DNA of 54,126 nucleotides from Candidatus Angelobacter sp. (GCA_035762225.1 DASTPO010000446.1:1-54126); one strand, 5' to 3'; shown: positions 28,536 through 37,585, counted from the stretch's first letter. The notes: generated from the letters alone by a model not told the origin. Numbers and translations: made by a program.

Positions 28536-29593
28536 GGATTCACCTTCGACTTGGGAACCAGTATTTCCGCGGTCATTCCAGGCACCAGGTTTTTCTTGCT
28601 GTTGTCGATAGAGAGCTTCAGCGAGATGGCCTTGATGTCGCGTTTGCGCCGGCTTACATCGCGTTGCGTGGCAAAATCCGCTTCCGGCGCCTTGAAGATC
28701 ACCTTGCCGGGAACGATGTCGCCGGACGGCAGGCGCACGTTCAGCTGATCGCCCAGCGCGATATGAACGGCTTGTGTCTCCGGTATCGCGGCGCGAACCC
28801 ACGTATCGCCCAGGTCGGTGATGATGGCGATGGGCTGGCCCAGGTTTACCACTTCACCTTCGCGCGCCGCCCTGACGGTGACGATTCCAGATACAGGAGC
28901 CAGGACCTTGGTATAGCCCAGCCTGGCCTCCGCTGCTTCCAACTGCGCTTTGGCATTAAGTTGTTGCGCGCGTGTCGAAGCAACTGTGCTTTGCGCGGCC
29001 TGGGTCTGGCGAGTGTGTGCCTGCGCTGTATCCAGATCGGCCTGCGCCGCGCGGACCTGGTCTTCGCCGGCGCGTACCAGCGCTTCCTGCGCTTTCAGTT
29101 GCGCCGTTGCCTGGTCTGACTGCTGTTGCGAAGCCACACCCTGCCGGGCCAGTTCCACCGCTCGCCGCGTGTCTCCCTGGATGCGTTGCAGATCAGCCTG
29201 CTCCTGCAGGAGCGTGGCCTGGGCCGCGCGTAATCGTGCCTGGGCATTGACCACGCCGCTGGTTGTTTCCCCTGCCGTCTGTTGTTCCGTGGCGCGAGTC
29301 TGTGAAACCTGGTGACGCAGGCTGGCCAGCACTGCTTCAGCCGCCTGGCGATCGGCGGTAAGCTCCTGCGCGTCCAGCACCGCGATGGTGTCCCCGGCCT
29401 TGACCTCGGTCCCTTCATCCACGGCCAGGCGTTCAATGCGGCCGCTCATCTTCGGGCTGGCCACTACCTGGTTGGCGTCCACCGTACCGATCAACACCAG
29501 GTCGGGCGAGCGGTCTGTGGAAAGAAAGTAGTACACGGCGGCGATGACCAGAAGCACGCCGAGAAATCCAAAGAATTTATTGCGTTGGCTCAC
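28532..29593 (-). CDS. HlyD-family membrane fusion / secretion protein
   Basis: N-terminal anchor, a biotinyl-lipoyl-like segment (VASPKMSGRIERLAVDEGTEVKAGD), a long Ala/Gln coiled coil, and a beta-barrel C-terminus. Confidence 0.85.
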   Translation of the reverse strand: MSQRNKFFGFLGVLLVIAAVYYFLSTDRSPDLVLIGTVDANQVVASPKMSGRIERLAVDEGTEVKAGDTIAVLDAQELTADRQAAEAVLASLRHQVSQTRATEQQTAGETTSGVVNAQARLRAAQATLLQEQADLQRIQGDTRRAVELARQGVASQQQSDQATAQLKAQEALVRAGEDQVRAAQADLDTAQAHTRQTQAAQSTVASTRAQQLNAKAQLEAAEARLGYTKVLAPVSGIVTVRAAREGEVVNLGQPIAIITDLGDTWVRAAIPETQAVHIALGDQLNVRLPSGDIVPGKVIFKAPEADFATQRDVSRRKRDIKAISLKLSIDNSKKNLVPGMTAEILVPKSKVNP

Positions 29594-30276
29594 GAATGGC
29601 AGACCTTCTTTGCCGCCGCCGGCGTGAACACCGCGGCGCAGATGAAATCCTGCACGGCCGTTCGGCGCGCGGCAATCCGCTCCGGCGAGCCGGGATCGCC
29701 GGCATGCATGAACTGCTGTGCCGGCATGCTGATGAAATAGAAAACAATGGTCCCAATGATTGAGGTCACAGTCTGGACCGGATCGACCTTGCGGAAATCG
29801 CCGGCCGCGATGCCTTCAGTGATCAGCTTTTCCAGCCGGCTGTAAATCGGGCGGCCATGCCGTTCCATCATCCTGCTGCCCGCCGGCGAAAGCGACCTGC
29901 CTGAACTGCGCATGAATTCACGCTGCACCAGGCGGGGATAGAACGGCGCGCTGGCGATGTAATCGAAATGGGTCTGCACGTACAGCAGCAGTTTCTCCCG
30001 CGGCGGCAGGTCGGTGCGTTCCAGCACCTTGCCAACACGCTCATGGAGTCCGGAAAAGACCTGCTCCAGCGCAGCCATGTAGAGACCGTCTTTATCCTTG
30101 AAGTAGTAGTAGAGCAGGGCCTTGTTCACGCCGGCACGGCGCGCGATCTCATCGGTGCGCGCTCCCGTTACGCCTTCATGGGAGAATTCCTCCAGCGCGG
30201 CCTTGAGGATGGCTGCCCGCGTCTTCTCGGGTTCACCGCGGGAGCCTGATTTGCCGGATTTGAGGGCTGACGCCAT
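29590..30276 (-). CDS. TetR/AcrR-family transcriptional regulator
   Basis: N-terminal HTH TRAAILKAALEEFSHEGVTGARTDEIARRAGVNKALLYYYFKDK. First gene of the export operon. Confidence 0.88.
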   Translation of the reverse strand: MASALKSGKSGSRGEPEKTRAAILKAALEEFSHEGVTGARTDEIARRAGVNKALLYYYFKDKDGLYMAALEQVFSGLHERVGKVLERTDLPPREKLLLYVQTHFDYIASAPFYPRLVQREFMRSSGRSLSPAGSRMMERHGRPIYSRLEKLITEGIAAGDFRKVDPVQTVTSIIGTIVFYFISMPAQQFMHAGDPGSPERIAARRTAVQDFICAAVFTPAAAKKVCHS

Positions 30277-30300
30277 TTAATTAACCAGTTATTTAATTAT
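30277..30300. promoter_or_regulatory. AT-rich imperfect palindrome abutting the TetR start codon (candidate TetR operator)
   Basis: TTAATTAACCAGTTATTTAATTAT. The arms ATTTAATTAACC and AGTTATTTAATT match in about 9 of 12 positions as inverted repeats. The stretch is strikingly AT-rich in a GC-rich genome. Confidence 0.25.
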
Positions 30301-30495
30301 GAACACTTTTCTGCGCCGATGCAAACGAAGATTCTCATTTCCCTGACAGAGGTGAGAAACGGCCAGGCAGCGTGTCGTCCCCAGAGGAGGATACGAGCCG
30401 GGGCAGATGGGTTTGCTGGCCTACACGTCCAGGCGCGACAGCATTTGTTAAAATGAGGAGTTTGCCCGTCTCATCTCATCACGCTTAGGAATTGA

Positions 30496-31554
30496 ATGTC
30501 TGAAACCATGCTTGCCGTAGTAAAACCGGAGGCCGCGCCGGGAGCGGACGTCCGCCAGATGCCCGTCCCGCAGATTGGCCCTGACGATGTCCTGGTGAAA
30601 GTGAAGGTGGCCTCGGTCTGCGGCACTGATTTGCACATATACAACTGGGACCAGTGGGCGCAGAACCGCATCAAGCCGCCGCTGATTCCCGGGCATGAGT
30701 TTTGCGGGCATGTGGTGGCCGTGGGCAAGAACGTGACCGCGGTGAAGGAAGGCGATTTTGTCTCCGCCGAAATGCATGTGGCCTGCGGCAAGTGCTACCA
30801 GTGCCGTACCGGCGAAGCCCACATCTGCCAGCACGTGAAGATCATTGGAGTGGACGCCAATGGCGCATTCGCCGAGTTCGTGAAGATCCCTGAGTCAAAT
30901 ATCTGGAAGATTGATCCCGGCATTCCGCCCGACTATGCCAGCGTGTTGGACCCTTTGGGCAACGCCGTGCATACGGTATTGGCCGGAGAGATTGCCGCCA
31001 AGACAGTTGCAGTGATCGGCTGCGGCCCTATTGGATTGTTCTGCATTGCTGTGGCCCGGGCCTGCGGAGCCAGCGAAGTGTATGCGCTGGAGATCAACGA
31101 TCATCGGCGCAAGCTGGCGGCAAAGATGAAGGCCGATCACGTCCTGAATCCCGCCAAGGACAACGTTTATGAGCAGGTCATGGATACCACCGGCGGCACG
31201 GGAGTGGATGTAATCCTAGAAATGTCGGGCCACCCGGACGCGATCCGGCTGGGATTCAAGATCCTGCGGCTGGGCGGCAGAGCGTCACTGCTGGGAATCC
31301 CGTCCAAGCCGATGGAACTCAACCTGGCAAATGACATTATTTTTAAAGGCGCGCTGGTGCAGGGCATCAACGGCCGCCTGATGTACAAGACATGGTTCCA
31401 GATGAATGCGCTGCTCAAGGCGAACAAGCTTGACCTGGACCCGGTAATCACGGACCGCATGGCGATGGCCGACTTCAGCAAAGGCATGGATCGGCTGCGG
31501 ACTGGTGAGTCGAGTAAAATTTTGTTGTATCCGAATGGAATGCCGAAGAATTAG
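30496..31554 (+). CDS. tdh: L-threonine 3-dehydrogenase
   Basis: Zn-ADH family: CGTDLHIY, GHEF.G, structural-Zn CGKCYQCRTGEAHIC, and GCGPIG. It is paired with kbl downstream. Confidence 0.9.
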   Translation: MSETMLAVVKPEAAPGADVRQMPVPQIGPDDVLVKVKVASVCGTDLHIYNWDQWAQNRIKPPLIPGHEFCGHVVAVGKNVTAVKEGDFVSAEMHVACGKCYQCRTGEAHICQHVKIIGVDANGAFAEFVKIPESNIWKIDPGIPPDYASVLDPLGNAVHTVLAGEIAAKTVAVIGCGPIGLFCIAVARACGASEVYALEINDHRRKLAAKMKADHVLNPAKDNVYEQVMDTTGGTGVDVILEMSGHPDAIRLGFKILRLGGRASLLGIPSKPMELNLANDIIFKGALVQGINGRLMYKTWFQMNALLKANKLDLDPVITDRMAMADFSKGMDRLRTGESSKILLYPNGMPKN

Positions 31555-31777
31555 CCGCAGATTTTCGCAGATGAACGCTGATCAAGAAGTATTGCCGCGA
31601 ATTTCGCGAATGAACACGAATCAGGAAAGGGCTTCTGTTTATGGCCAAAGGGTCGTTGCGGCCAACTCGGATTCGCCATAGTTGTTGTAGGGATAACCCC
31701 CGAATTATTCGCGTCTATTCGCGTTGATTCGCGGCCAAATGATTTTTGATCTGCGCTTATCTGCGTAAATCAGCGGC
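31554..31777. repeat. Nested inverted-repeat element (A-B...B'-A') in the tdh-kbl spacer
   Basis: A is 31554-31584 (gccgcagattttcgcagatgaacgctgatca) and B is 31594-31623 (gccgcgaatttcgcgaatgaacacgaatca). B' is 31702-31736 and A' is 31748-77; both are imperfect reverse complements. The central spacer is about 78 bp. Confidence 0.7.
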
Positions 31778-31802
31778 AAAGACTTTTCTTGAGGAGCAAG
31801 AC

Positions 31803-33017
31803 ATGCCAACCACCAGCACCCGTCCCCAGCTTTCCTACCTTGCCGACCAGATGAACGAGCTTCGCCAGAAGGGCACACACTTCGCTCTGCGTGTGCTGGA
31901 GGAGCCACAGGCGCCGGAGTGCGTCTTTGACGGCAAGCGGGTGATCAACCTGGCTTCGAACAACTATCTGGGGCTGACCACTCATCCCAAGCTGAGCGAA
32001 GCGGCCATTGCGGCAACCAAGAAATATGGCGTGGGCTCAGGCGCGGTGCGCACGGTGAGCGGCACCATGAACATCCACATGGAGTTGGAGGAGAAAATCG
32101 CGCGTTTCAAGAAGACAGAGGCGTGCGTGGTGTTTCAGTCCGGCTTTGCGGCGAACGCCGGCACGGTTTCGGCCATCCTGGGGAAAGAAGACTTCATTAT
32201 CTCGGACGAGCTGAATCACGCCAGCATCATTGACGGTGCGCGGCTCTCGCGGGCCAAGATCAAGGTGTTTCGCCATAAAGATGCCGCCCACGCGGAAGAG
32301 CTGCTGAAAGAGGTTGCCGGCGAGCCGGGCCACAAGCTGATCATCACCGACGGTGTCTTTTCCATGGATGGCGACATCGGCCCGCTGCCCGCGCTGTGCG
32401 ACCTGGCGGAGAAATACGGCGCCATCATGATGGTGGATGACGCGCACGCCTCCGGCGTGCTGGGCGCAAACGGCCGGGGCACGCCGGACCATTTCAAAGT
32501 CCACGGACGAGTGGACGTGCAGGTCGGCACGCTATCGAAGGCCGTGGGCGCGCTGGGTGGCTATGTTTGCGGTTCAAAAGAGCTAATTGATTTTCTTTAC
32601 CACCGCGCGCGGCCGTTTTTGTTTTCCACCTCGCATCCGCCATCTGTCGCGGCCACCTGCATTGCCGCCTTCGACGTTCTTGAACAGGAGCCCGAACTGA
32701 TGGACAAGCTGTGGGCCAATACCCGGTTCTTCAAGAAGGAACTCGGGCTGCTTGGCTTCAACATCGGCGGGACCGCCACGCCGGCCAGCGAGACGCCGAT
32801 TACGCCGATCATCGTGGGAGAGGGAAGACTCGCGATGGAATTCAGCCGCGAACTGTTCAAGGAAGGCGTCTTCACGCCGGGCATTGCTTTTCCCACCGTG
32901 GCGGAGGGCAAGGCCCGCCTCCGGACCATCATGACGGCTACCCACACGCAAGATCAGCTAACGCGAGCGCTGGAAGTGCTGAAGAAGGTGGGGACGCGGA
33001 TGGGGATTATCAAGTAG
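31803..33017 (+). CDS. kbl: 2-amino-3-ketobutyrate CoA ligase (glycine C-acetyltransferase)
   Basis: ATG at 31803 (Met20 of the listed ORF). Alpha-oxoamine synthase motifs are present: NNYLGL, DELNHASIIDG, and the PLP lysine context GTLSKA. Confidence 0.9.
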   Translation: MPTTSTRPQLSYLADQMNELRQKGTHFALRVLEEPQAPECVFDGKRVINLASNNYLGLTTHPKLSEAAIAATKKYGVGSGAVRTVSGTMNIHMELEEKIARFKKTEACVVFQSGFAANAGTVSAILGKEDFIISDELNHASIIDGARLSRAKIKVFRHKDAAHAEELLKEVAGEPGHKLIITDGVFSMDGDIGPLPALCDLAEKYGAIMMVDDAHASGVLGANGRGTPDHFKVHGRVDVQVGTLSKAVGALGGYVCGSKELIDFLYHRARPFLFSTSHPPSVAATCIAAFDVLEQEPELMDKLWANTRFFKKELGLLGFNIGGTATPASETPITPIIVGEGRLAMEFSRELFKEGVFTPGIAFPTVAEGKARLRTIMTATHTQDQLTRALEVLKKVGTRMGIIK

Positions 33018-33034
33018 CTATCGTCGAAAAGCTT

Positions 33035-33149
33035 GCCGCAGATTGCGCAGATGGGGAACTTGGCCTCAAATTTAACGCGAATGAACGCGAATCGTCCAGG
33101 AGATTTGTGGCCCGTGTTGGTTCGCGGCCACTCCGGTTCTGATCCGCAC
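33035..33149. repeat. Second cluster of the same repeat words immediately downstream of kbl
   Basis: gccgcagattgcgcagatg (33035-53), aacgcgaatgaacgcgaatcg (33074-94), gttggttcgcggcc (33117-30) and tgatccgcac (33140-49). Confidence 0.55.
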
Positions 33150-33188
33150 TCAATTCAATAACTGCAATAAGACGGTAGGGATTCCTCA

Positions 33189-34487
33189 CTACGCTCGAAA
33201 TGCTAATGCGCCACCAACCACCGTCGCCACCACTCTCCCCTGCATGTGCTTTCCGTCAAACGGAGAATTCCTGGATTTCGAGTGTGACTGTGCGACGTGA
33301 TAAGTCCATTTCTTTGCCGGATCGAAGATTGTAACGTCGGCGCGCGCGCCGACGGCCAGCGTGCCTCGGCCTTGCAGGTTCATGACGCGCGCTGGATTGG
33401 TCGAAAGCAACTCAACGATGCGCCGCAGGGGAATATTGTGGCGATAGTGCAGGACTGACACGCACAGGCCCAACGCAGTCTCAAGACCGGTAATGCCGAA
33501 GGGTGCGCGGTCAAACTCCTGGTTCTTTTCATGCGCGGCGTGGGGAGCATGGTCAGTGGCGACACAATCGACTGCGCCATCCGCCAGGCCAGCAAGCAGG
33601 GCGTCGCGGTCCTCATGCGAGCGTAGCGGCGGGTTCATTTTGTAGTTGGTATCGTATTGTCCAATGTCTTCGTCCAGCAGGGTGAAGTGGTGCGGCGTGA
33701 TCTCGCACGTCACATGCAGATGATTGTGCTTGGCCTTGCGCACGGCGCGCAGTGCCGCGGCAGTCGAGAGATGAGCAACGTGGTAGCGCGCTTTGGTCTC
33801 TGCCGCCAGGCGGATATCGCGTTCCACAATCGAACTTTCAGCCTCGCTGGGCCAGCCGCGCAAACCAAGCCGAAACGCCGTGGGACCGGCATTCATCGCG
33901 GCGCCTTCCGTCATCCGGCAATCCTCCGCGTGCTGGACAACCGGCATATTCAGGGCGGCGGCGGCCATCAGAGACTGGCGCATGATCTTGTCGTCGAGAA
34001 TGGGCTTGCCGTCGTCGCTCAGGGCGACTGCGCCGGCGCGCTTGAGCGCGGCAAAGTCCGTGAGTTGCTCGCCCTTGCTCCCGACGGTAGCGGCGGCTAC
34101 CGGGAAGACGTTGACGTGAGCGCCGCGGGCGGGATCGAGCATCCAGCGGGTGATCTCGGCTGAATCATTGACAGGGCTGGTGTTGGGCATGGTGCAGACG
34201 GAGGTAAAGCCTCCGGCCGCGGCGGCCAGGGTTCCGCTGGCGATGGTCTCTTTGTGCGATTGGCCGGGCTCACGCAGATGAACGTGAATATCAATGAAGC
34301 CCGGCGCGACGACCAGCCCGCGGGCGTTGAAAGTGTCGTCAGCCTTGCCACGCAGCTTGCCATGGGCCGCGATCTCCGCCACCCGGCCATCTTTCAGCAA
34401 AAGATCGTATTTGCCTTCGAGATGCTCGGAAGGATCGAGAAGGAGGCCGTGGCGGATTGCGAGAGTGCTTTTATTGTTCAAATGCAA
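33189..34487 (-). CDS. pyrC: Dihydroorotase
   Basis: GFIDIHVHLREPG metal-binding motif, the TDHAPH motif, and its position in the pyr operon. Confidence 0.9.
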   Translation of the reverse strand: MHLNNKSTLAIRHGLLLDPSEHLEGKYDLLLKDGRVAEIAAHGKLRGKADDTFNARGLVVAPGFIDIHVHLREPGQSHKETIASGTLAAAAGGFTSVCTMPNTSPVNDSAEITRWMLDPARGAHVNVFPVAAATVGSKGEQLTDFAALKRAGAVALSDDGKPILDDKIMRQSLMAAAALNMPVVQHAEDCRMTEGAAMNAGPTAFRLGLRGWPSEAESSIVERDIRLAAETKARYHVAHLSTAAALRAVRKAKHNHLHVTCEITPHHFTLLDEDIGQYDTNYKMNPPLRSHEDRDALLAGLADGAVDCVATDHAPHAAHEKNQEFDRAPFGITGLETALGLCVSVLHYRHNIPLRRIVELLSTNPARVMNLQGRGTLAVGARADVTIFDPAKKWTYHVAQSHSKSRNSPFDGKHMQGRVVATVVGGALAFRA

Positions 34488-34490
34488 AAC

Positions 34491-34946
34491 CTATTTAGCC
34501 GCGAATGCACGCGAATGAACACGAATTCCTTTATTGCTATTCTCAAAAACAAACCGTTTGAAATGAGGCTTGGGGCCGAAGTTGAGCAGAAGACCTACTT
34601 CAATATCGGTTGCACGCAGATAATTCAGGACTTGGGCCTCGTGTGACGGGTCAAGCACACGGACAGCTTTTAGTTCAAGCAGGACTACATTATTTACGAC
34701 GAGATCAGCCTTGTATTCGCCGATTACTCTGCCACGAAACCAAATCGGCGTGGCGATTTGTCGCGTGACACTCAATCCTGCTTCGGTCAGGCCGACGTAC
34801 AGAGCTTCTTCGTACACAGCTTCGAGAAATCCATGCCCCAACTCGTTATACACCGAATAGAAAATGCCGACGATTTGATGACACAAATCCCAATGCTTTC
34901 TTTCGCGTTCATTCGCGTCAATTCGCGGCTGATCCGTGGTTCTCAC
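34491..34946 (-). CDS. GxxExxY-family protein (PD-(D/E)xK-like), inserted between pyrB and pyrC
   Basis: Contains ...GHGFLEAVYEEAL... (the GxxExxY motif) and ...DLVVNNVVLLELK.... The preferred start is a GTG overlapping the pyrB stop (GTGA). The stop lies 3 nt before the pyrC start. Both protein ends (DANERE..., ...IRVHSRAFAAK) are encoded by inverted repeat arms at 34904-34929 and 34498-34526. Confidence 0.75.
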   Translation of the reverse strand: MRTTDQPRIDANERERKHWDLCHQIVGIFYSVYNELGHGFLEAVYEEALYVGLTEAGLSVTRQIATPIWFRGRVIGEYKADLVVNNVVLLELKAVRVLDPSHEAQVLNYLRATDIEVGLLLNFGPKPHFKRFVFENSNKGIRVHSRAFAAK

Positions 34947-35848
34947 GCCACCCCCAGGCACGACGCCAGGATTGCCATCCGGACGTAAACCCCGTTCTGT
35001 ACCTGTTCTTCAATCACGGCCTGGGGCCCGTCGGCAACCTCGCTTTGGATTTCCATACCGCGAATCATGGGTCCGGGATGCATCACCAGAGCGTCATGTT
35101 TCGCCAGTTTCAGGCGCTCCGCGGTGAGCTGGTAGTGCGCCACGTAAGCATCTGCATCCAGCTTCAGGCCGGCCAGCCGTTCCTTTTGGACGCGCAGCAT
35201 CATCACCACGTCGGCTTTGCGGACGCCTTCTTCCAGATGGCGCGTAACTTTCACTCCGGGGGCCAGCGACGCCGCATAGTCAGGCAGCAGCTCCGGCGGA
35301 CCACAGAGCACAACCTGAGCGCCGAACTTTGCCAGCAGATGAACGTTGGACCGTACCACGCGGCTGTGCTTGATATCGCCGATCATGGTAACGCGCAATC
35401 CCTTCAGCGATTTCTTGTGGCGCAGAATGGTGTAGGCATCGAGCAGGCCCTGTGACGGATGCTCATGCATGCCGTCACCGGCGTTGATGATGGGAATCTT
35501 CAGCGAGCGTGCCAGCACATGCGGAGCGCCGGAGGAGGGATGGCGCACGACGATGCAATCCGCGCCCAGCGCCTGCAGGGTCTTGCCGGTATCCACCAGC
35601 GATTCGCCCTTTTCAATGCTTGAAGCCGTGGCGCTGATCAGCGAGGTATGCGTTCCCAGCATTTTGGCGGCAAACTCAAAAGAGACACGCGTCCGCGTGG
35701 AAGACTCATAGAACAGCAGAGCAATGCGTTTTCCCCTCAGCATGGGCCGGGGCGGTCGGGAGTGCATACGGCGGGCCAGCCGGAGGAAAGAGGTTATTTC
35801 ATCTGCCGAGAGGCGCTCGAGTTCGAGTAACGAACGGGTGCGAGCCAT
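34943..35848 (-). CDS. pyrB: Aspartate carbamoyltransferase catalytic subunit
   Basis: STRTR, HPSQ and HPGP motifs, about 300 aa. Confidence 0.92.
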   Translation of the reverse strand: MARTRSLLELERLSADEITSFLRLARRMHSRPPRPMLRGKRIALLFYESSTRTRVSFEFAAKMLGTHTSLISATASSIEKGESLVDTGKTLQALGADCIVVRHPSSGAPHVLARSLKIPIINAGDGMHEHPSQGLLDAYTILRHKKSLKGLRVTMIGDIKHSRVVRSNVHLLAKFGAQVVLCGPPELLPDYAASLAPGVKVTRHLEEGVRKADVVMMLRVQKERLAGLKLDADAYVAHYQLTAERLKLAKHDALVMHPGPMIRGMEIQSEVADGPQAVIEEQVQNGVYVRMAILASCLGVA

Positions 35849-35851
35849 TGG

Positions 35852-36427
35852 CTAATCAGTGCGCTCCACCAGCAGCACCTGCTCTTCCTTGTCGATCTCG
35901 GAAAGCTTTACCTCGATGATCTCGTTGTCGCTGGTCTGAACGTTGCGGCCCACAAAGGCGGCTTCAATGGGCAGTTCGCGATGGCCGCGGTCAATCAGCA
36001 CGCAGAGTTGCACGCGGCGGGGCCGGCCGTGATCGAACAGGGCGTCCATGGCGGCACGCACGGTCCGACCGGTATAAAGCACGTCATCCAGCAGGATCAC
36101 ATTCTTGTTCGCCACCTCAGTGCCCAGCGGGGTGGTTTTTTTGATCACCGGAGCCGCGCCCACGGTAGAGAGATCATCGCGGTACAGGGTAATGTCGAGG
36201 GTGCCGACCGGCACCGGAGTCTTTTCAATTTGTTCGATCAGCGAGGCCAGCCTGGTGGCCAGGGGTACGCCGCGGCGCTTAATTCCCACCAGCACAAGGT
36301 CTTCCACGCCGTTGTTCTTTTCCACAATCTGGTGCGCCAGGCGGACCAGGGTCCGTTCAATCTCTGAACCGGACATTAGACGACCCTTGATACGGAGATT
36401 AGGGAGGCGAGAGGGGGCGGTGTTCAT
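35852..36427 (-). CDS. pyrR: Bifunctional pyrimidine operon regulator / uracil phosphoribosyltransferase PyrR
   Basis: IERTLVRLAHQIVEKN, and the PRPP-binding motif VILLDDVLYTGRTVRAA. ATG at 36427 is preferred over the TTG at 36466. Confidence 0.85.
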   Translation of the reverse strand: MNTAPSRLPNLRIKGRLMSGSEIERTLVRLAHQIVEKNNGVEDLVLVGIKRRGVPLATRLASLIEQIEKTPVPVGTLDITLYRDDLSTVGAAPVIKKTTPLGTEVANKNVILLDDVLYTGRTVRAAMDALFDHGRPRRVQLCVLIDRGHRELPIEAAFVGRNVQTSDNEIIEVKLSEIDKEEQVLLVERTD

Positions 36428-36473
36428 AGTCACCGCATGATATCTGATGGCGGCGGAATGCGCCAACCCGCAA

Positions 36474-37124
36474 TCAAGGACGCTTCCGCCGGTCCCATGC
36501 GGGTACCGCCAGAGCTCCGCTGGCGATCCCGAGCAGGAAAAACAAGACCATGGCGATCAACAGGGAAAGGACCAGGAATGCAATAAACCCGTCATGAGTG
36601 GACAGTACCTGAAGCAATTGCTGGTTTCGCGGGTTCGGATTGTCTTTGATGCTTTCCTCAAGCATCCTGCTCACGGCCTCGTGTTTAAGGGAGATGGTGG
36701 CCAGCGAGAAAATCAGGAAAGAGAGGAAACTCAGCATCCCCGCGAAGGCTCCCAAGCGCGCGCCTTGTACGCGGTTCATTGGGGCCGGGTGCTGCGAGCG
36801 ATAGCGAAATATTACCCATCTGACGCTGAAAGGAAGCATGAGAAACAAGCCGAGGATGGGAATGGCGACCGCAAGAATTCCGGTCAGGGCAGAGAGCGGC
36901 GAGGCAAGCCGAAAAAAATCCCCCCATGCAATGGCATGATTCGCAATCGGGCCGGGAGGGCCAGGCGCGGGTGTTCCTGCGGGATAATGGGCTTCCTGTT
37001 CTGAGTGGAACTCAATTTCCTCCGGCTGCGAGGTCGGTACCCTTATTTGTGGCGCCTTGCAGACAGGACAAACGGAAGCATCTTCGTCCACCGGCCTTCC
37101 GCAGCGATAGCAATCCCTCTGCAT
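36474..37124 (-). CDS. Zinc-ribbon membrane protein, function unknown
   Basis: N-terminal CYRCGRPV...CPVCKAP ribbon, a Pro-rich linker, and about 4 TM helices. Confidence 0.55.
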   Translation of the reverse strand: MQRDCYRCGRPVDEDASVCPVCKAPQIRVPTSQPEEIEFHSEQEAHYPAGTPAPGPPGPIANHAIAWGDFFRLASPLSALTGILAVAIPILGLFLMLPFSVRWVIFRYRSQHPAPMNRVQGARLGAFAGMLSFLSFLIFSLATISLKHEAVSRMLEESIKDNPNPRNQQLLQVLSTHDGFIAFLVLSLLIAMVLFFLLGIASGALAVPAWDRRKRP

Positions 37125-37389
37125 ATAAACAAGTTACAAGAGCTCACAGCTTTGGGGCAACCGCACGCTGACGCTTTCCCGCAAAGCTGGTCCTGACTTT
37201 TGCAGGGTTGGTCCTAGGAATGCTTTTGCACACGCAGGAGCTATATCGACGATCGAACGGCGCAAAACGTAGATGTGCCGATAAAAATTCGTTCGGCGAT
37301 ATATATCAAACACGACGCGTACGGACTCTACTGCAGCAAGAGTCCTTATCGTTTGCCCAGGAAAGTCCCTTGCGGGAGAGATTTTCAAC

Positions 37390-37515
37390 ATGAAGTCGCT
37401 TACTCGTTTATTACTGGCCCTGGTTCTGCTTTCGGCATGTTTTGCCACTCCGCTGATGGCGGATGGCGGTTGCCCACCTCCGATGTGTACGCCAACCACC
37501 TGCCCAGGGAAATAA
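37390..37515 (+). CDS. Unlisted 41-aa secreted/lipoprotein-type Cys/Pro-rich peptide
   Basis: ATG preceded by GGGAGAG at -8 to -14. The product is MKSLTRLLLALVLLSACFATPLMADGGCPPPMCTPTTCPGK: a canonical n/h/c signal peptide with a lipobox-like LSAC, then a mature 22-25 aa with 3-4 Cys. It lies 70 nt upstream of the next plus-strand gene. It is below the 60-aa cutoff of the ORF track. Confidence 0.45.
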   Translation: MKSLTRLLLALVLLSACFATPLMADGGCPPPMCTPTTCPGK

Positions 37516-37585
37516 GCTTCCGCCGCCCGGAGTGATTCCAGTTGGTGCGGGCCGTATGGCTGGAGTAAGCTGACGCTCTCACACC

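Noticed and set aside
28536-28802. The 89-codon N-terminal extension of the ABC ATPase ORF.
   Set aside because: It runs entirely through the HlyD coding sequence in another frame. A GTG with a GTGA stop/start overlap gives a normal-length ATPase beginning just before the Walker A region.
30400-30414. 15-mer GGGGCAGATGGGTTT shared between 30400-30414 and 48596-48610.
   Set aside because: My rough estimate is that about one identical 15-mer pair is expected by chance in a 54-kb window when both strands and all positions are considered, and the flanks do not align.
36428-36480. Looked for a PyrR-binding anti-terminator motif (UCCAGAGAGG-type hairpin) upstream of pyrR and between the pyr genes.
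   Set aside because: No such motif was seen. The upstream gene ends 7-46 nt before pyrR, and the only CTCCAGAGAG-like string (about 10911) is inside tamB on the wrong strand.
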